From Caldalkalibacillus uzonensis (lineage in GTDB: Bacteria; Bacillota; Bacilli; Caldalkalibacillales; Caldalkalibacillaceae), in assembly GCF_030814135.1 (NCBI RefSeq), contig NZ_JAUSUQ010000008.1:152014-176013 (forward strand): a stretch of DNA of 24,000 nucleotides. The letters are read 5' to 3'. The translations under genes were made by a program, and so were the position numbers. The notes beneath the pieces were generated by a model, which ran no database searches, was not told the DNA's origin, and saw only the letters and a list, made by a program, of their open reading frames with translations. Shown here piece after piece: positions 1-10,181 of this stretch; positions within the stretch are counted from its first letter, which is position 1; every line of letters begins with the position of its first letter.

Positions 1-740
1 GTTACGGTGAGGACTTGGAAGATTACAGCTTTGCCCAGCTGTTATGGGATTTGGAACAAGTGAAAGGTTTGGAACGTCTGCGCATCAGCTCCATTGAAGC
101 CAGCCAGATTACCGACGATGTGATTGATGTGCTGCAACGTTCCACAAAAGTATGCCGCCACTTGCATATTCCCCTGCAAGCCGGCGACGATACGGTGCTG
201 AAACGGATGCGCCGCAAGTATACGACGGCTGAATTTAAAGCCAAAATCGAAGAAGTGCGCAAAGCCTTGCCCAACTTTGCCCTGACCAGTGATGTGATTG
301 TCGGTTTTCCAGGTGAAACGGAAGAGCAGTTTATGAACACTTACCACTTTATCCGGGATTTACACTTTGCCGAGCTGCACGTTTTTCCTTACTCACCACG
401 AACAGGCACTCCAGCAGCCCGCATGAAAGACCAGGTCGATCCGGATGTGAAGCAGGAACGGGTACAGCGCCTGATTGCCCTGTCTGAACAGCTGTCCAAA
501 GAATATGCCTCCCAATTTGAAGGGGATATTCTGGATGTGATTCCGGAACAACACTACAACGAACAGCAGGATTCAGATCTTCTTGTCGGCTACACAGATA
601 ACTACCTTAAAGTGGTTTTCAAAGGTGACGTGAGCATGATGGGGCAACTGGTCAAAGTGCAAATTGACCAAGCTGGTTATCCTTACAACCTTGGTTCCGT
701 TGTTGCCCAATCCACAGGAGGGCGCGTTGTCACCGCCTGA
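1..740 (+). CDS. mtaB: tRNA t6A methylthiotransferase MtaB (YqeV-like), C-terminal part; the CDS enters from upstream of the window
   Basis: The frame is open from the window edge (codons from position 3: YGEDLEDYSF...). The sequence looks like the C-terminal half of a MiaB/MtaB radical-SAM protein with a TRAM-like tail (GQLVKVQIDQAGYPYNLG). It sits where yqeV sits in the B. subtilis locus. Confidence 0.8.
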   Translation, partial: YGEDLEDYSFAQLLWDLEQVKGLERLRISSIEASQITDDVIDVLQRSTKVCRHLHIPLQAGDDTVLKRMRRKYTTAEFKAKIEEVRKALPNFALTSDVIVGFPGETEEQFMNTYHFIRDLHFAELHVFPYSPRTGTPAARMKDQVDPDVKQERVQRLIALSEQLSKEYASQFEGDILDVIPEQHYNEQQDSDLLVGYTDNYLKVVFKGDVSMMGQLVKVQIDQAGYPYNLGSVVAQSTGGRVVTA

Positions 741-829
741 CAGACTTCCTCAAGGTTGTTATTTGTTGGTAAACGTTATCTTGTCATTCGACGTTAAAAG
801 CGACAAAGTCAAAACTGTTTGACAGTCAA

Positions 830-885
830 GTCCGTTGCTGCGTGCCGGACCGGCAACGGACCCCTCTCTTATTTTCTGTTTTCAT
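830..885 (+). terminator. Putative intrinsic terminator after mtaB
   Basis: GTCCGTTGC (830-838) pairs with GCAACGGAC (853-861). An inner GCCGG/CCGGC pairing is possible, and a T-rich tract follows (cttattttctgttttcattttt). Confidence 0.5.
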
Positions 886-912
886 TTTTCAACAGAGGAG
901 CTGAAATGACTG

Positions 913-1341
913 ATGAAGGAAATATCTGCTGGAGGCGTGGTGTTTAAACAAGAAGGATCTAAAATCAAAGTGCTGCTGATTGAAGACCGCTATCATCGGC
1001 TGACCATTCCCAAGGGCAAACAAGAAGAAGGGGAGACACTGGAGCAAACCGCACTAAGGGAAATTGAGGAAGAGACGGGAATCAAAGGGGAAATAATAAA
1101 ACCCCTGGCCAAAGTGTATTATACCTATACGGACCCTAAGCGCGGACACATAGATAAAGAAGTGATGTACTATCTGGTCAAAGCCAAAAGCGGTGAAGTG
1201 GAGCCGCAACTGGAAGAGATTAACAAAGTATTTTGGCTGGACCTGCACAGCGCCTGGCAAGCGCAGCAGGAAAAAGGATATCATAATAACGATGATGTGT
1301 TTAAACAAGCCTATACATATTTGGAATCCTATCTTGGATAA
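913..1341 (+). CDS. NUDIX-family hydrolase
   Basis: A complete Nudix box is present: [23 protein letters not shown] (G-x5-E-x7-REUxEExGU). GAGGAG lies upstream of the ATG. Confidence 0.85.
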   Translation: MKEISAGGVVFKQEGSKIKVLLIEDRYHRLTIPKGKQEEGETLEQTALREIEEETGIKGEIIKPLAKVYYTYTDPKRGHIDKEVMYYLVKAKSGEVEPQLEEINKVFWLDLHSAWQAQQEKGYHNNDDVFKQAYTYLESYLG

Positions 1342-1354
1342 GAGGAGGAAGCGT

Positions 1355-2035
1355 ATGCAAGCAAATCAGTTGGCTGCTTATATTGACCATACCTTGTTAA
1401 AGCCAGAAGCCACCCAGGAGCAGATTGACAAGCTGTGTGAAGAAGCCCGCCAATACCAATTTGCTTCCGTCTGTGTCAATCCCACCTGGGTCAAAAGATG
1501 TGCTGAACAGTTGAAAGGCACCAATGTCAAAGTGTGTACCGTGATCGGATTTCCCCTGGGTGCCAATACCTCAGTCATCAAAGCGGCCGAAACGGCACAA
1601 GCCATTGCCGATGGGGCTCAGGAAGTGGATATGGTGCTCAATATCGGTGCCTTAAAGTCCGGCCAGCATAATGTGGTGGAACAAGATATTAAAGCCGTGG
1701 TAGAGGCAGCCCAAGGCAAGGCCCTGGTCAAAGTGATTATTGAAACAGCTCTATTAACAGATGAGGAAAAAATCATCGCTTGTCAGCTCAGCCAACGGGC
1801 CGGTGCCGACTTTGTTAAAACGTCAACCGGATTTGCCGGAGGGGGCGCCACAGTGGAAGATGTGCAGCTGATGAAAAAGACAGTAGGAGAAACCCTTGAA
1901 GTGAAAGCTTCCGGCGGGATCAGGGACTATGAGAAGGCAGTGGCTATGATTGAAGCGGGCGCCACCCGCCTTGGAGCCAGTGCCGGGGTTGCTATTGTTA
2001 GCGGTGCTAAAGCAGACAGTAGCGGCCAGTATTAG
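1355..2035 (+). CDS. deoC: Deoxyribose-phosphate aldolase
   Basis: The protein starts [20 protein letters not shown] and carries the DFVKTSTGF Schiff-base lysine motif and KASGGIR. I chose ATG 1355, preceded by AGAGGAGGAA, over the track start at 1193, which overlaps the NUDIX gene. Confidence 0.9.
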   Translation: MQANQLAAYIDHTLLKPEATQEQIDKLCEEARQYQFASVCVNPTWVKRCAEQLKGTNVKVCTVIGFPLGANTSVIKAAETAQAIADGAQEVDMVLNIGALKSGQHNVVEQDIKAVVEAAQGKALVKVIIETALLTDEEKIIACQLSQRAGADFVKTSTGFAGGGATVEDVQLMKKTVGETLEVKASGGIRDYEKAVAMIEAGATRLGASAGVAIVSGAKADSSGQY

Positions 2036-2060
2036 CAGTAGCTAAGATGATACAGAATAA

Positions 2061-2102
2061 AACGGTTCATACCCTGTTTGGATCAGGGATGAACCGTTTT
2101 TA
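2061..2102. terminator. Bidirectional intrinsic terminator between convergent deoC and the Na/Pi transporter gene
   Basis: AACGGTTCATACCCTG pairs with CAGGGATGAACCGTT with one bulge. It is flanked by an A-run on the 5' side and a T-run on the 3' side. Confidence 0.6.
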
Positions 2103-2141
2103 TATAAGATAATTTTTGAGAGTCATATCGCTTTCGATGTA

Positions 2142-3074
2142 TTATTCCTTTTGTGTCACTAAAAACACCAAGCGTTCAAAAACAGTGACAAAAGGCAAGG
2201 CCAAAAGGGAGCACAACACGTTAAAAAGGGTTTGGGCGTGAGCCACTTGGAGCATGGGATTGTCGGTCAATGACTCTACGATAGCGGCCAGCATGGGAAT
2301 GAGGGGAATAAACAGGAGTACGCCCAGGACATTAAGCAGAACGTGGGCCACGGCAACCTGACGGCCAGCCAGATTGGTGGCCATGCTTCCCAAGAGGGCT
2401 GTGACGCAGGTGCCAATGTTGCTGCCCAGCACGATGGCAATGGCCAGCGGCAGGGAGATCAGTTGTTCATAGATCAAATTCATGGTAATGGCCGTTGTGG
2501 CTGTACTGCTTTGAATCACAGCGGTGAGCAGCATGCCGGCCACAATACCGCTTAAAGCCCCTTCCTGTCCCCACCGGTATACCCTCTCCATCCACCCCGC
2601 GCCCTCTAAAAACGAAGCGATACTTTGCATCGTTTCCATCCCTAAAAAAAGCAATCCAAAGCCTCCGATCACCATGCCTGCAGCGCGCAGGGCCGGCCAG
2701 GAACACAAAAAGAGAATAGAACCAACAATAAAAAAATAAACTCCGAGTTCGCTTACATTGATGGCTAACAGCTCTGTTGTTACCACTGTGCCAATATTGG
2801 CACCGAGGATTACGCCGATGGTTTGCCGAAAGGTCATCAGGCGGGCATGGGTTAAGCCAATCACCAACAGTAAGACGGCACTTGAGCTTTGCAAAATGGC
2901 TGTGGACACTGTTCCGGTCAAAAGTCCAGTCAGCGGGGTGCGGGTTAGCATGGCGAGGAGATGTTTGGCTCGTTCCAAAAATAAATGCTCAAAACCAATG
3001 CGCATCACTTGCATGCCAAATAAAAAAATAGCCAGTCCAGCGGCCAGTGGTATGACCAGATCTTTCATCACCAT
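2142..3074 (-). CDS. Na+/phosphate cotransporter family membrane protein (YqeW-like)
   Basis: This is a polytopic membrane protein with the duplicated Na/Pi-cotransporter repeat (QSSSA...G.NIGT appears twice). It occupies the yqeW position. The start is probably ATG 3074 (MVMKDL), 9 nt after AGGGGGG; the track start at 3098 is also possible. Confidence 0.8.
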   Translation of the reverse strand: MVMKDLVIPLAAGLAIFLFGMQVMRIGFEHLFLERAKHLLAMLTRTPLTGLLTGTVSTAILQSSSAVLLLVIGLTHARLMTFRQTIGVILGANIGTVVTTELLAINVSELGVYFFIVGSILFLCSWPALRAAGMVIGGFGLLFLGMETMQSIASFLEGAGWMERVYRWGQEGALSGIVAGMLLTAVIQSSTATTAITMNLIYEQLISLPLAIAIVLGSNIGTCVTALLGSMATNLAGRQVAVAHVLLNVLGVLLFIPLIPMLAAIVESLTDNPMLQVAHAQTLFNVLCSLLALPFVTVFERLVFLVTQKE

Positions 3075-3289
3075 CCCGGTTGTCCCCCCTCTGTACATGC
3101 ATATGAAGAGGGAGGAATAAGCATGACTGGCTTGATAATATAATTTGGCTGGTGATTACATGTGAGAACTGCTACTGTTTTGATGAGCATGATTAGACTC
3201 ACAGAACATAATCATAGTAATAAAACGGAACGTTAGCAGATTTATTGTGTGATGTAGAGTATTTATGGAGGTGAAGGGGGCTCACGGAC

Positions 3290-3493
3290 ATGCTGTCCAA
3301 TATCGGTTTTCCAGAGTTACTGATTATTTTGGTGATTGCTTTGATCGTGTTTGGCCCGCACAAACTGCCTGAACTGGGGCGGGCGGCAGGGAAAACGATT
3401 CGTGAATTTAAAACCACGGTAAACGGTATGCTGGAGCAGGAAGCACCAACAAAATCGAAGCAAGAAACCGAGGAGACAAAGGAAAGGGGTTAG
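3290..3493 (+). CDS. tatA: Twin-arginine translocase subunit TatA/E family (copy 1)
   Basis: The N-terminus [41 protein letters not shown] shows the canonical TatA transmembrane helix, the FGP hinge and an amphipathic helix. Confidence 0.85.
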   Translation: MLSNIGFPELLIILVIALIVFGPHKLPELGRAAGKTIREFKTTVNGMLEQEAPTKSKQETEETKERG

Positions 3494-3519
3494 GACAAAG
3501 GTCACTAACCCTCTTTTTT
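3487..3519. terminator. Intrinsic terminator shared by convergent tatA and tatC
   Basis: GGGTTAG (3487-3493) pairs with CTAACCC (3505-3511), followed by TCTTTTTT. An A-run on the other side could serve the minus strand weakly. Confidence 0.55.
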
Positions 3520-3579
3520 CATGACTATCTCTTTTTCATTATAGGGGTTTTTTCTTTGCTTTGCGTGTCCATTCAATTG

Positions 3580-4350
3580 CTAAATTTGCTCCGCCATCAT
3601 CCGGCTTTCCCTCTGTTTCTGCACCCTGTTATAAATAAACTGAGACAGAGAAACGCTGAGCTCAAACAGAATAAACAGCGGAATTAAGACAAGAATCTGT
3701 GAGATGAAATCAGGCGGCGTCATGACCGCCGACAGAACAGCCATGATAAAATACGACACTTTTCTGGCCTTCTTGAGCATCTGGGGATTAATCAGCCCTA
3801 AGCGTGTTAAGAAAATGACCAGCACAGGGAGCTGAAACAAGAGAGTGACCGGCATGACAATACGAAACAGAAAGGCAAAATACTCCTGAATACCGTACAT
3901 CTCTTGAGCGCCCATTGCTTCCGTAATGGTTCCCATAAAATGCAGAACAAAGGGGAACAGCAGGCAGTAGCTGAACATCAATCCAGCCACCAAGAGCAGC
4001 GCAGCCAGTGGAATCAGGTAATAGACCGCACGCCTTTCAGCAGGGGTGAGGCCCGGCCGGACAAAGGCATATATTTGATACATCGTAAAGGGAATGGTCA
4101 TGATCAAGCTGAGTACAAAGGACACTTGGACGTACACACGGAAAGCATCGGTGATTTTAAAGACGTTCCAGGGCACATGCTGGGCCACAGGATCGTTTTT
4201 TATCAATTCGACGACCTTCATGGAGAAGAAGAAGCCGCAAAACAAAGCGATGACAAAAGCGATCAATACGGCAATGATGCGTCTGCGCAACTCCATTAAA
4301 TGATCCAGCGTTGACATCGAAATATCCTCAGTTTGTTTGACCGGTGCCAT
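3580..4350 (-). CDS. tatC: Twin-arginine translocase subunit TatC
   Basis: The HLMELRRRIIAVLIAFVI motif (TatC N-terminal H-L-x-E-L-R-x-R) is followed by six predicted transmembrane segments. An alternative start at M12 (4317) also has a GAGGA Shine-Dalgarno (SD) sequence. The gene begins 30 nt after fdhE on the same strand. Confidence 0.9.
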   Translation of the reverse strand: MAPVKQTEDISMSTLDHLMELRRRIIAVLIAFVIALFCGFFFSMKVVELIKNDPVAQHVPWNVFKITDAFRVYVQVSFVLSLIMTIPFTMYQIYAFVRPGLTPAERRAVYYLIPLAALLLVAGLMFSYCLLFPFVLHFMGTITEAMGAQEMYGIQEYFAFLFRIVMPVTLLFQLPVLVIFLTRLGLINPQMLKKARKVSYFIMAVLSAVMTPPDFISQILVLIPLFILFELSVSLSQFIYNRVQKQRESRMMAEQI

Positions 4351-4380
4351 TGGTCTACGACCTTCCTTCTGTGATGCGAG

Positions 4381-5247
4381 TTAATGTACGAGCAGTTTGT
4401 CACCTGCTCCCAGATGAAACCCTTTTTCCTGGGCCAGATAGTCAAGGGATGTGGTAAGAAAATCGTCAAAGAGCAGTACCGGAATCGAAGAGCGTTCGAT
4501 TTTGTTAACCCCTTTGACATAACCGTGACAACGCTCACACACGTCCAGCTGATAGTGCCCGGTTTCTTCTTGGAAAAACCAGCTGTGAAGCTGTTCGTGA
4601 TCCCTGTTCTCACAGTAGGGGCAGCCGATACGCCAGTATTTCCAATCGGCGGCGCACGAGAGGCAACGGAAATGGCGGATCCGCTCGTCCCCTCTAAACT
4701 CGGCCAGTCCGTGCCGGTCACCGCAGACAGGACAGTAGGGCCGCATCCATTTTTCGTCATCAAACAGGCCACTGTTTAATATGTGTTCACTGTAGCGGTT
4801 TAAGGTGGGCAGCAAACTGTAACGCAGCACAATAATCAGAACATCCAGGGGCAGTTGATAGGCAGCAGCAAAACGGGCCACTTCTTCCTCGTTTCCTTCT
4901 AAGAAGGCACACAACAAATTTTCGATGTCCTGTCCCGTCAGGTGCATGGCGGCCCGTTTAAACTGGTTTTTAGCTTTTCCCAGTCCGGACCATCTGCATA
5001 ATGCTGTGAACAAACGCTGTGCGGAAGTAGAATCGATGGTGTCTTCCCATCCGTTCAGAAAAGGGACACCTTGGGATAGCTTCTCGTTCATTTCATCCTC
5101 TGGAACAGAAGAAGAGGAGAGGGGTGGAGGCGCATAGGCCTCCAGTGTCTCAACCAGTTCCAGGTGAACTTTCATCAGCGGTTTATAGTGCTTGTTTTTG
5201 TCCACGGTGCGTTGCCACAGCTTTCTAACCGCTTCAACTTGAGTCAT
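4381..5247 (-). CDS. fdhE: Formate dehydrogenase accessory protein FdhE
   Basis: The C-terminal rubredoxin-like Cys pairs are present (CPVCG, CLSC, CPYC, CERCHGYVK). The start is probably ATG 5247 (MTQVEAV), after GAGAGGTGA; the track TTG at 5268 is less likely. Confidence 0.85.
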   Translation of the reverse strand: MTQVEAVRKLWQRTVDKNKHYKPLMKVHLELVETLEAYAPPPLSSSSVPEDEMNEKLSQGVPFLNGWEDTIDSTSAQRLFTALCRWSGLGKAKNQFKRAAMHLTGQDIENLLCAFLEGNEEEVARFAAAYQLPLDVLIIVLRYSLLPTLNRYSEHILNSGLFDDEKWMRPYCPVCGDRHGLAEFRGDERIRHFRCLSCAADWKYWRIGCPYCENRDHEQLHSWFFQEETGHYQLDVCERCHGYVKGVNKIERSSIPVLLFDDFLTTSLDYLAQEKGFHLGAGDKLLVH

Positions 5248-5277
5248 GGAATCACCTCTCTTAATCAAAATACTGCT

Positions 5278-6225
5278 TTACCAGAATGACTGGGGTCCCA
5301 TGATAACAACGTAACGGAGTAATAGTCCCCCCAGGATAATCAGGAAACTGGAAAGAATGAGGTTGGTCCTGGCTCCTATCAGTCCCGGTTTCAATTTCAA
5401 GATCAGGGGGAGCAGGTGGCCTAAAACAACGGTTCCTGCCCATAACAGCCAGCCATAATGACCGCTGTTCACTGTGTGGGACCACTCACCCAAACCAAAT
5501 ACAAACAGGGCGATGGCAGCCAGGTTAATTACCAGGACAGAAATCACAACCCGGTTTAATCCCTCGATAAGTGACTCATACTCCCGCCGTTTGAAAAACA
5601 GCAGTGTCAGAATGATAACTGAGGTCCCGACGGCCACGGCAGAGACAATCCACAACATGGGAATGAAGGGTGTGGCATTCCAGGACGGCACATGGGTGGT
5701 GGTGACCAGGATGCCCAGGTAAGATGCAAACCAGGCGGCCAAGGCAGCACCGACCGTCAGATAAATTTTGGACACTGGTCCTCTCTCATGCAGATAACGG
5801 GCCAGGGAACCCAGGCGCTGGAACCATCCCCAGCGGATCAGACCATCTTTGTTGACGGCGTATATAAAGGCGATGACGGCAAACAGGCTGAAAGTGGTTA
5901 ATACCCAGGCGCCGACAGACATGGGAGAGTTGGTGTTCAACATCAACACACCGTCTCTGGAATTCCATAAGACATTGGTGAAGCGGGTCTTGATTTGCAG
6001 TTTCCCAATTAGAAACAGGCCGCAAAAAGGCATGAGCAGGCAAGTGATGTAATACGCCTTGTGCAAACCGTCCTTGATAAACTTTCCCCCGTAAGCTTGC
6101 AAGAGGGCGGCAATAAGAAACGCACCCGCGGCTATGCCGTTCACAAACAGGTAAGCAATCACCTGCCAGGGGAAGTGGGGGCTTTTCAGTTGAGTAAGTT
6201 CATAGATATAGGGCATTAGCTTCAC
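5278..6225 (-). CDS. NrfD/PsrC-family integral membrane subunit (putative quinone-interacting anchor of the formate dehydrogenase)
   Basis: The protein is 315 aa with about 8 predicted transmembrane helices. It has NrfD-like features (PWQVIAYLFVNGIAAGAF, SPMSVGAWV, IPMLWIVSAVAVGTS). It is tightly linked between the Fe-S subunit gene and fdhE. Confidence 0.7.
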   Translation of the reverse strand: MKLMPYIYELTQLKSPHFPWQVIAYLFVNGIAAGAFLIAALLQAYGGKFIKDGLHKAYYITCLLMPFCGLFLIGKLQIKTRFTNVLWNSRDGVLMLNTNSPMSVGAWVLTTFSLFAVIAFIYAVNKDGLIRWGWFQRLGSLARYLHERGPVSKIYLTVGAALAAWFASYLGILVTTTHVPSWNATPFIPMLWIVSAVAVGTSVIILTLLFFKRREYESLIEGLNRVVISVLVINLAAIALFVFGLGEWSHTVNSGHYGWLLWAGTVVLGHLLPLILKLKPGLIGARTNLILSSFLIILGGLLLRYVVIMGPQSFW

Positions 6226-6233
6226 CCTCTCTT

Positions 6234-7043
6234 TTACTGTTTCACATCGGAGGTCTCTTTGTGATGTTTGTGTTGGCCCCGGGAGCGGAAGGATAAGAGA
6301 GAGACCAGTCCGATGCCGATAAAGCTCAGAATACTGCTCCAGTAGCCGCTGAGCATATTATTCTGGGGAAGCTGGGGGTTAGAGGGCAGTCCGTATTTTT
6401 CCGGCTTATCCAGCAAGAGGTAGAATACATTTAAGCCCCCCAGAATATCGGAATCGCCGTAGATTTTGGCCCTAGATTCACCGTTGGCTTGCAACATCTT
6501 TTCCCTTTCTTTGGCTTTGGCCATCAGTTCATCTACGTTACCAAATTCAATGCAATCGGTAGGACAGGCCTGGGCGCAGGCAGGTTGCTGGCCCACTTGC
6601 AGCCTGTCGTAGCACAAAGTGCATTTTTCAGCAGTACCGGTAAACAAGCCGATGTCAATCACCCCGAACGGACAGCCGGAGACACAGTATTTACAGCCGA
6701 TGCAGGTGTTGGGATCGATGTACACCGTATCATATTCTGTACGGATGATAGCATTGGTTGGACAGACTTCCATACAGCCGGCGTGTTGACAATGTTTACA
6801 GGAATCACTAAGGAACAGCCAGCGTGATTGGGAGCGGTCTTCCGAGAAGTCCTCAATAAATTTAACGTGGCGCCAGTTTTCTCCGTTTAGCTCCTTGGTA
6901 TTATCATAGCTGAGACCGGAGAAACCATAGTCGGGGTTCATGGGCAGTTCGTTCCATTCTTTACAGGCCGTCTCACAGGCCTTGCAGCCGATACAGATGC
7001 TGGTGTCGATAAACATCCCTTTTCTTGCTTCCAGATCAGCCAT
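6234..7043 (-). CDS. fdnH: Formate dehydrogenase iron-sulfur (beta) subunit, four [4Fe-4S] motifs with a C-terminal TM anchor
   Basis: The Cys clusters are CIGCKACETAC, CKHCQHAGCMEVCP, CIGCKYCVSGCP and CTLC...CAQACP. A C-terminal helix is present (YWSSILSFIGIGLVSLLSF). The ATG abuts the alpha-subunit stop (TAAATG). Confidence 0.9.
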   Translation of the reverse strand: MADLEARKGMFIDTSICIGCKACETACKEWNELPMNPDYGFSGLSYDNTKELNGENWRHVKFIEDFSEDRSQSRWLFLSDSCKHCQHAGCMEVCPTNAIIRTEYDTVYIDPNTCIGCKYCVSGCPFGVIDIGLFTGTAEKCTLCYDRLQVGQQPACAQACPTDCIEFGNVDELMAKAKEREKMLQANGESRAKIYGDSDILGGLNVFYLLLDKPEKYGLPSNPQLPQNNMLSGYWSSILSFIGIGLVSLLSFRSRGQHKHHKETSDVKQ

Positions 7044-10000
7044 TTACACCACCCCCTCTTTGAGTCGCCCTTTTCTGACGTTACAGGTAAAAGCTTTGGA
7101 GGAATGGATGGTCACATTGGGGTCAGCGACAATTGCCGTCAATTCGTTAGGCACAGAGCCAGTCACGATGCCCGAGTATCCCCAGTGGATGGGCATGCCC
7201 ACCTGGTGGATGATCCGGTCACCGATCTTTAATGGGCGCATCCGCCGGGTTACCAGCGCACGGGCCTCCACTTTGCCACGCTTGGTCTCAATGGTTACAT
7301 AGTCCTTGTTCTGAATGCCCAACTCCTGTGCCAGTTCCGGACTGATTTCCAGAAACAACTCAGGCATCAGCTCCGCCAGCCAGGGCAGCCAACGGGTCAT
7401 GGCCCCGCTGAGATGATGCTCTGTAACGCGGTAAGTCGTAATAATGTAGGGGAAATCGCTGTTATTTAAGCCATGCAACTCATTTTTCGGCAAGTCCGGG
7501 AAGTACAACGCCGCAGGGTTGGTCGGATGTTTAGGATACAACAGGTTCTCTACCGGTGAATCCGGCGGTTCATAGTGTGTGGGCAATGGTCCATCAACTA
7601 GTGGACCAAAGAGCTGGATCACACCGTCGGGCAACATGATAAACGGGTCAGCCCCGCTGTGAGCATCCAGACCGATACCATCATCTTGAGCTGGTGTGTC
7701 CGGAGCTTTGGCTGCTGCAAAATCAGGGACATCATATCCGGTCCACTTGTCTTCCCTGGCATCCCACCAGACATATTTCTTCCGTTCAGACCAAGGCTTT
7801 CCGTCAGGATCAGCAGAAGCCCTGTTGTAGAGCACGCGGCGGTTGGCCGGCCAGGCGAATCCCCAGCCCAGAGATACATAATTATCTCCATCACGGCTGG
7901 CAGCGAGATTGGTTTTAGGATCAGGCATGACGCCTGAGTAGATCCAGTTGCCGCAGGCAGTTGAGCCATCATCCTGCAATTGGGCGAATCCCTGCACATG
8001 CTCTCCTGTAACCGTGTGATATCCATTAATCTCTTTGAAAATCTTATGCTCATTGGGTTCATGAATCTTAAACCGGCCGTCCGGTTCAGGTTCATAATCC
8101 CAGGTCAGGTTTTTGATGGCCCAGTCTTTTTCGTCTGTGCTGTCTTTGTTCAGCTCTTTAAGCCGTTTACCCAATTCGTAGGTAAACCACAGATCGGAAC
8201 GGCAGTCACCCGGGGGGTCAACTGCTTTTTCTTTCTTCTGAATCAAGCGGCTGGTGTTGGTGAAGCTTCCCTCGGTCTCGGCAAAAACAGCTGAAGGCAG
8301 ATAAAACACTTCTGTTTTAATGTCTTCAGGCTTGACCTCTCCGTCTGTAACTTCAGGTGCATCATACCAGAAAGTGGCTGTTTCAATCAGGAACGGGTCC
8401 CGGACAACCAGCCAGTCCAGATTGGCCAAGGCCTTGCGGTGGAAACGGGCATTCTGTCCACCAACAGCCGGGTTTTGGCCAGCGACGATCATCCCTTTAA
8501 CAATCCCTTTGTAAGCGTCTTCAAACATCCGGTAATGAGAGTGATTACCCAGTGTTTTGGGCAGAGAGTTGTATCCGTAATCATTGTCTGGAGTTGCCGC
8601 ATCGCCGAACCATGCCTTGAGCAGGCTGATCATATATTTGGGATAATTAACCCACCATCCCGTAGAACGCGTCTCTGCTTTGAGGTAATCTTCAAGCGTA
8701 TCATGATTTTTCAAAGCAGAAGGGGCGGCCAGATACCCAGGCAACATATGATACAAGGTTGGGTTATCAGTGGCACCTTGCACATTGGCATGACCCCGGA
8801 GAGCCAGAATACCGCCGCCAGGACGCCCCAAACTGCCTAACAGGGCGTTGAGGATCGCCCCGGCTCTGATGCATTGTACACCGTACGTGTGCTGGGTCCA
8901 GCCCATGGCATAGCAGAAAGCGCTTGTTTTATCTGGATTTGCTGTGCTGGCCAGAATTTCAGCTACTTCAATAAATTTCTCTATAGGGGTGCCGCAGATT
9001 GATTCCACCATCTCAGGTGTATATCTGGCAAAATGTTTTTTAATAATCTGAAAGACACAACGCGGATGGGTCAGGGTCTCATCCCGTTTGGGTTTGCCTG
9101 CCAGTTTTTCAAAAGCAATCTTTTCGGTCAGCGTTCCAGGTTCACGATCCGGCCTAACCGGCTCTTCCCGCTCATATTGCCAGGAAGAAGGATCATAGGT
9201 CCCTGTGTGGGGATCAAAACCGGAAAAAACGCCGTCCAAATCTTCTGTGTCAGCATATTCTTCTTTAATGATAAAGGAGGCATTGGTGTAGTTGAGCACA
9301 TACTCTTTGAAATACTTTTCATTCTCAATCAGGTAGTTAATTAAGCCGCCTAGAAAGGCAATATCTGTTCCGGAGCGCATGGGCACGTAATGGGTAGCCA
9401 TGGCCGAAGTCCGTGTGAAACGGGGGTCGACATGAATCACTTTGGCCCCCTTGTCTCTGGCCCGCAGCACATAGCGGAAGCCAACCGGATGGTTCTCGGC
9501 GAAGTTGGAGCCCATAATCATGATGCAGTCACTCTCAGCCATCTCTCTTGTCGTTGTCGTGGCCCCGCCACGACCATATGTTGTACCCAGACCGGGTACT
9601 GTCGAGCTGTGTCATATACGGGCATGGTTTTCTATATTAACGACGCCTAAGGCGCGCATTAATTTGAGGTGGATGTAATTCCACTCATTTTCGAGAGTGG
9701 AACCGCCCAATGAGGCCAAGGCAGGGTTGACATTGACCTTCTTACCGTCTTGCTTGTGAATGAAATGCGCATCACGGTCCTTCTTGATGCGTTGGGCAAT
9801 TTGTTCCATGGCCCACTCCAGCGGTTTTTCTTCCCATTCCGTGCCGTATGGTGCCCGGTACAACACTTTTGTTTGGCGCTTTTCATTAACCGCCAATTGT
9901 AAATTGGCTGCCCCCTTGGGACACAGTGAGCCCAGATTGATGGGGCTGTCCGGATTGCCCTCAATATGGACGATTTTACCCTCGGATTCGGTAATGATCG

Positions 10001-10181
10001 TACCACACCCGATAGCGCAGTAAGGACAAACACTGGGCACTTGCCGGCCTTGTTTGGCATGAAGCTTAATTTTGGTAACCTGAGCCTTGACCGGCTTCAG
10101 GTTAATGCCACCGACAGAAGCCAGAGTCAGGCCGATGGCGGTGGCGCCGGTTCGCTTCAGGAAGTCCCGGCGTGTAATCAT
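7044..10181 (-). CDS. fdnG: Formate dehydrogenase catalytic (alpha) subunit, molybdopterin enzyme, Tat-exported, with selenocysteine encoded by an in-frame UGA (9612-9614)
   Basis: Track ORFs 9612-10190 and 7044-9542 are in the same frame. The 23 codons between them (HSSTVPGLGTTYGRGGATTTTRE) contain no stop. The junction reads NIENHARI-U-HSSTV, comparable to E. coli FdnG QARV-U-HGPTV. An RRDFLK Tat motif and a C-x2-C-x3-C-x27-C [4Fe-4S] motif are present. ATG 10181 follows AAGGGGGAG by 8 nt. The product is about 1045 aa with Sec at about residue 190. Confidence 0.85.
9583..9599 (-). promoter_or_regulatory. SECIS-like hairpin inside fdnG, 12 nt downstream of the UGA
   Basis: The minus strand reads GUACCC-GGUCU-GGGUAC, a perfect 6-bp stem. 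The GGUCUG loop segment occupies codons 7-8 after the UGA. As I recall the E. coli fdhF SECIS (UGA CAC GGC CCA UCG GUU GCA GGU CUG CAC C), that is the same offset. Confidence 0.65.
9612..9614 (-). other. In-frame UGA recoded as selenocysteine
   Basis: TCA on the plus strand is UGA on the minus strand. It is flanked by a conserved FDH active-site context and followed by a SECIS-like hairpin. Confidence 0.8.

Noticed and set aside
808-823. GTCAAA-ACTG-TTTGAC inverted repeat in the mtaB/NUDIX intergenic region as an operator
   Set aside because: The arms are only 6 bp, no partner regulator gene is nearby, and it could simply be part of the 3' UTR structure upstream of the terminator.
1193-1354. 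N-terminal extension of the deoC ORF overlapping the NUDIX gene
   Set aside because: The extension has no recognisable protein features (basic, low-complexity). A strong RBS precedes ATG 1355, where DeoC homology begins.
3189-3215. ATGATTA-N13-TAATCAT inverted repeat between the divergent yqeW homolog and tatA
   Set aside because: The arms are 7 bp and AT-rich with no supporting context. It is plausible by chance and cannot be assigned to a known regulator.
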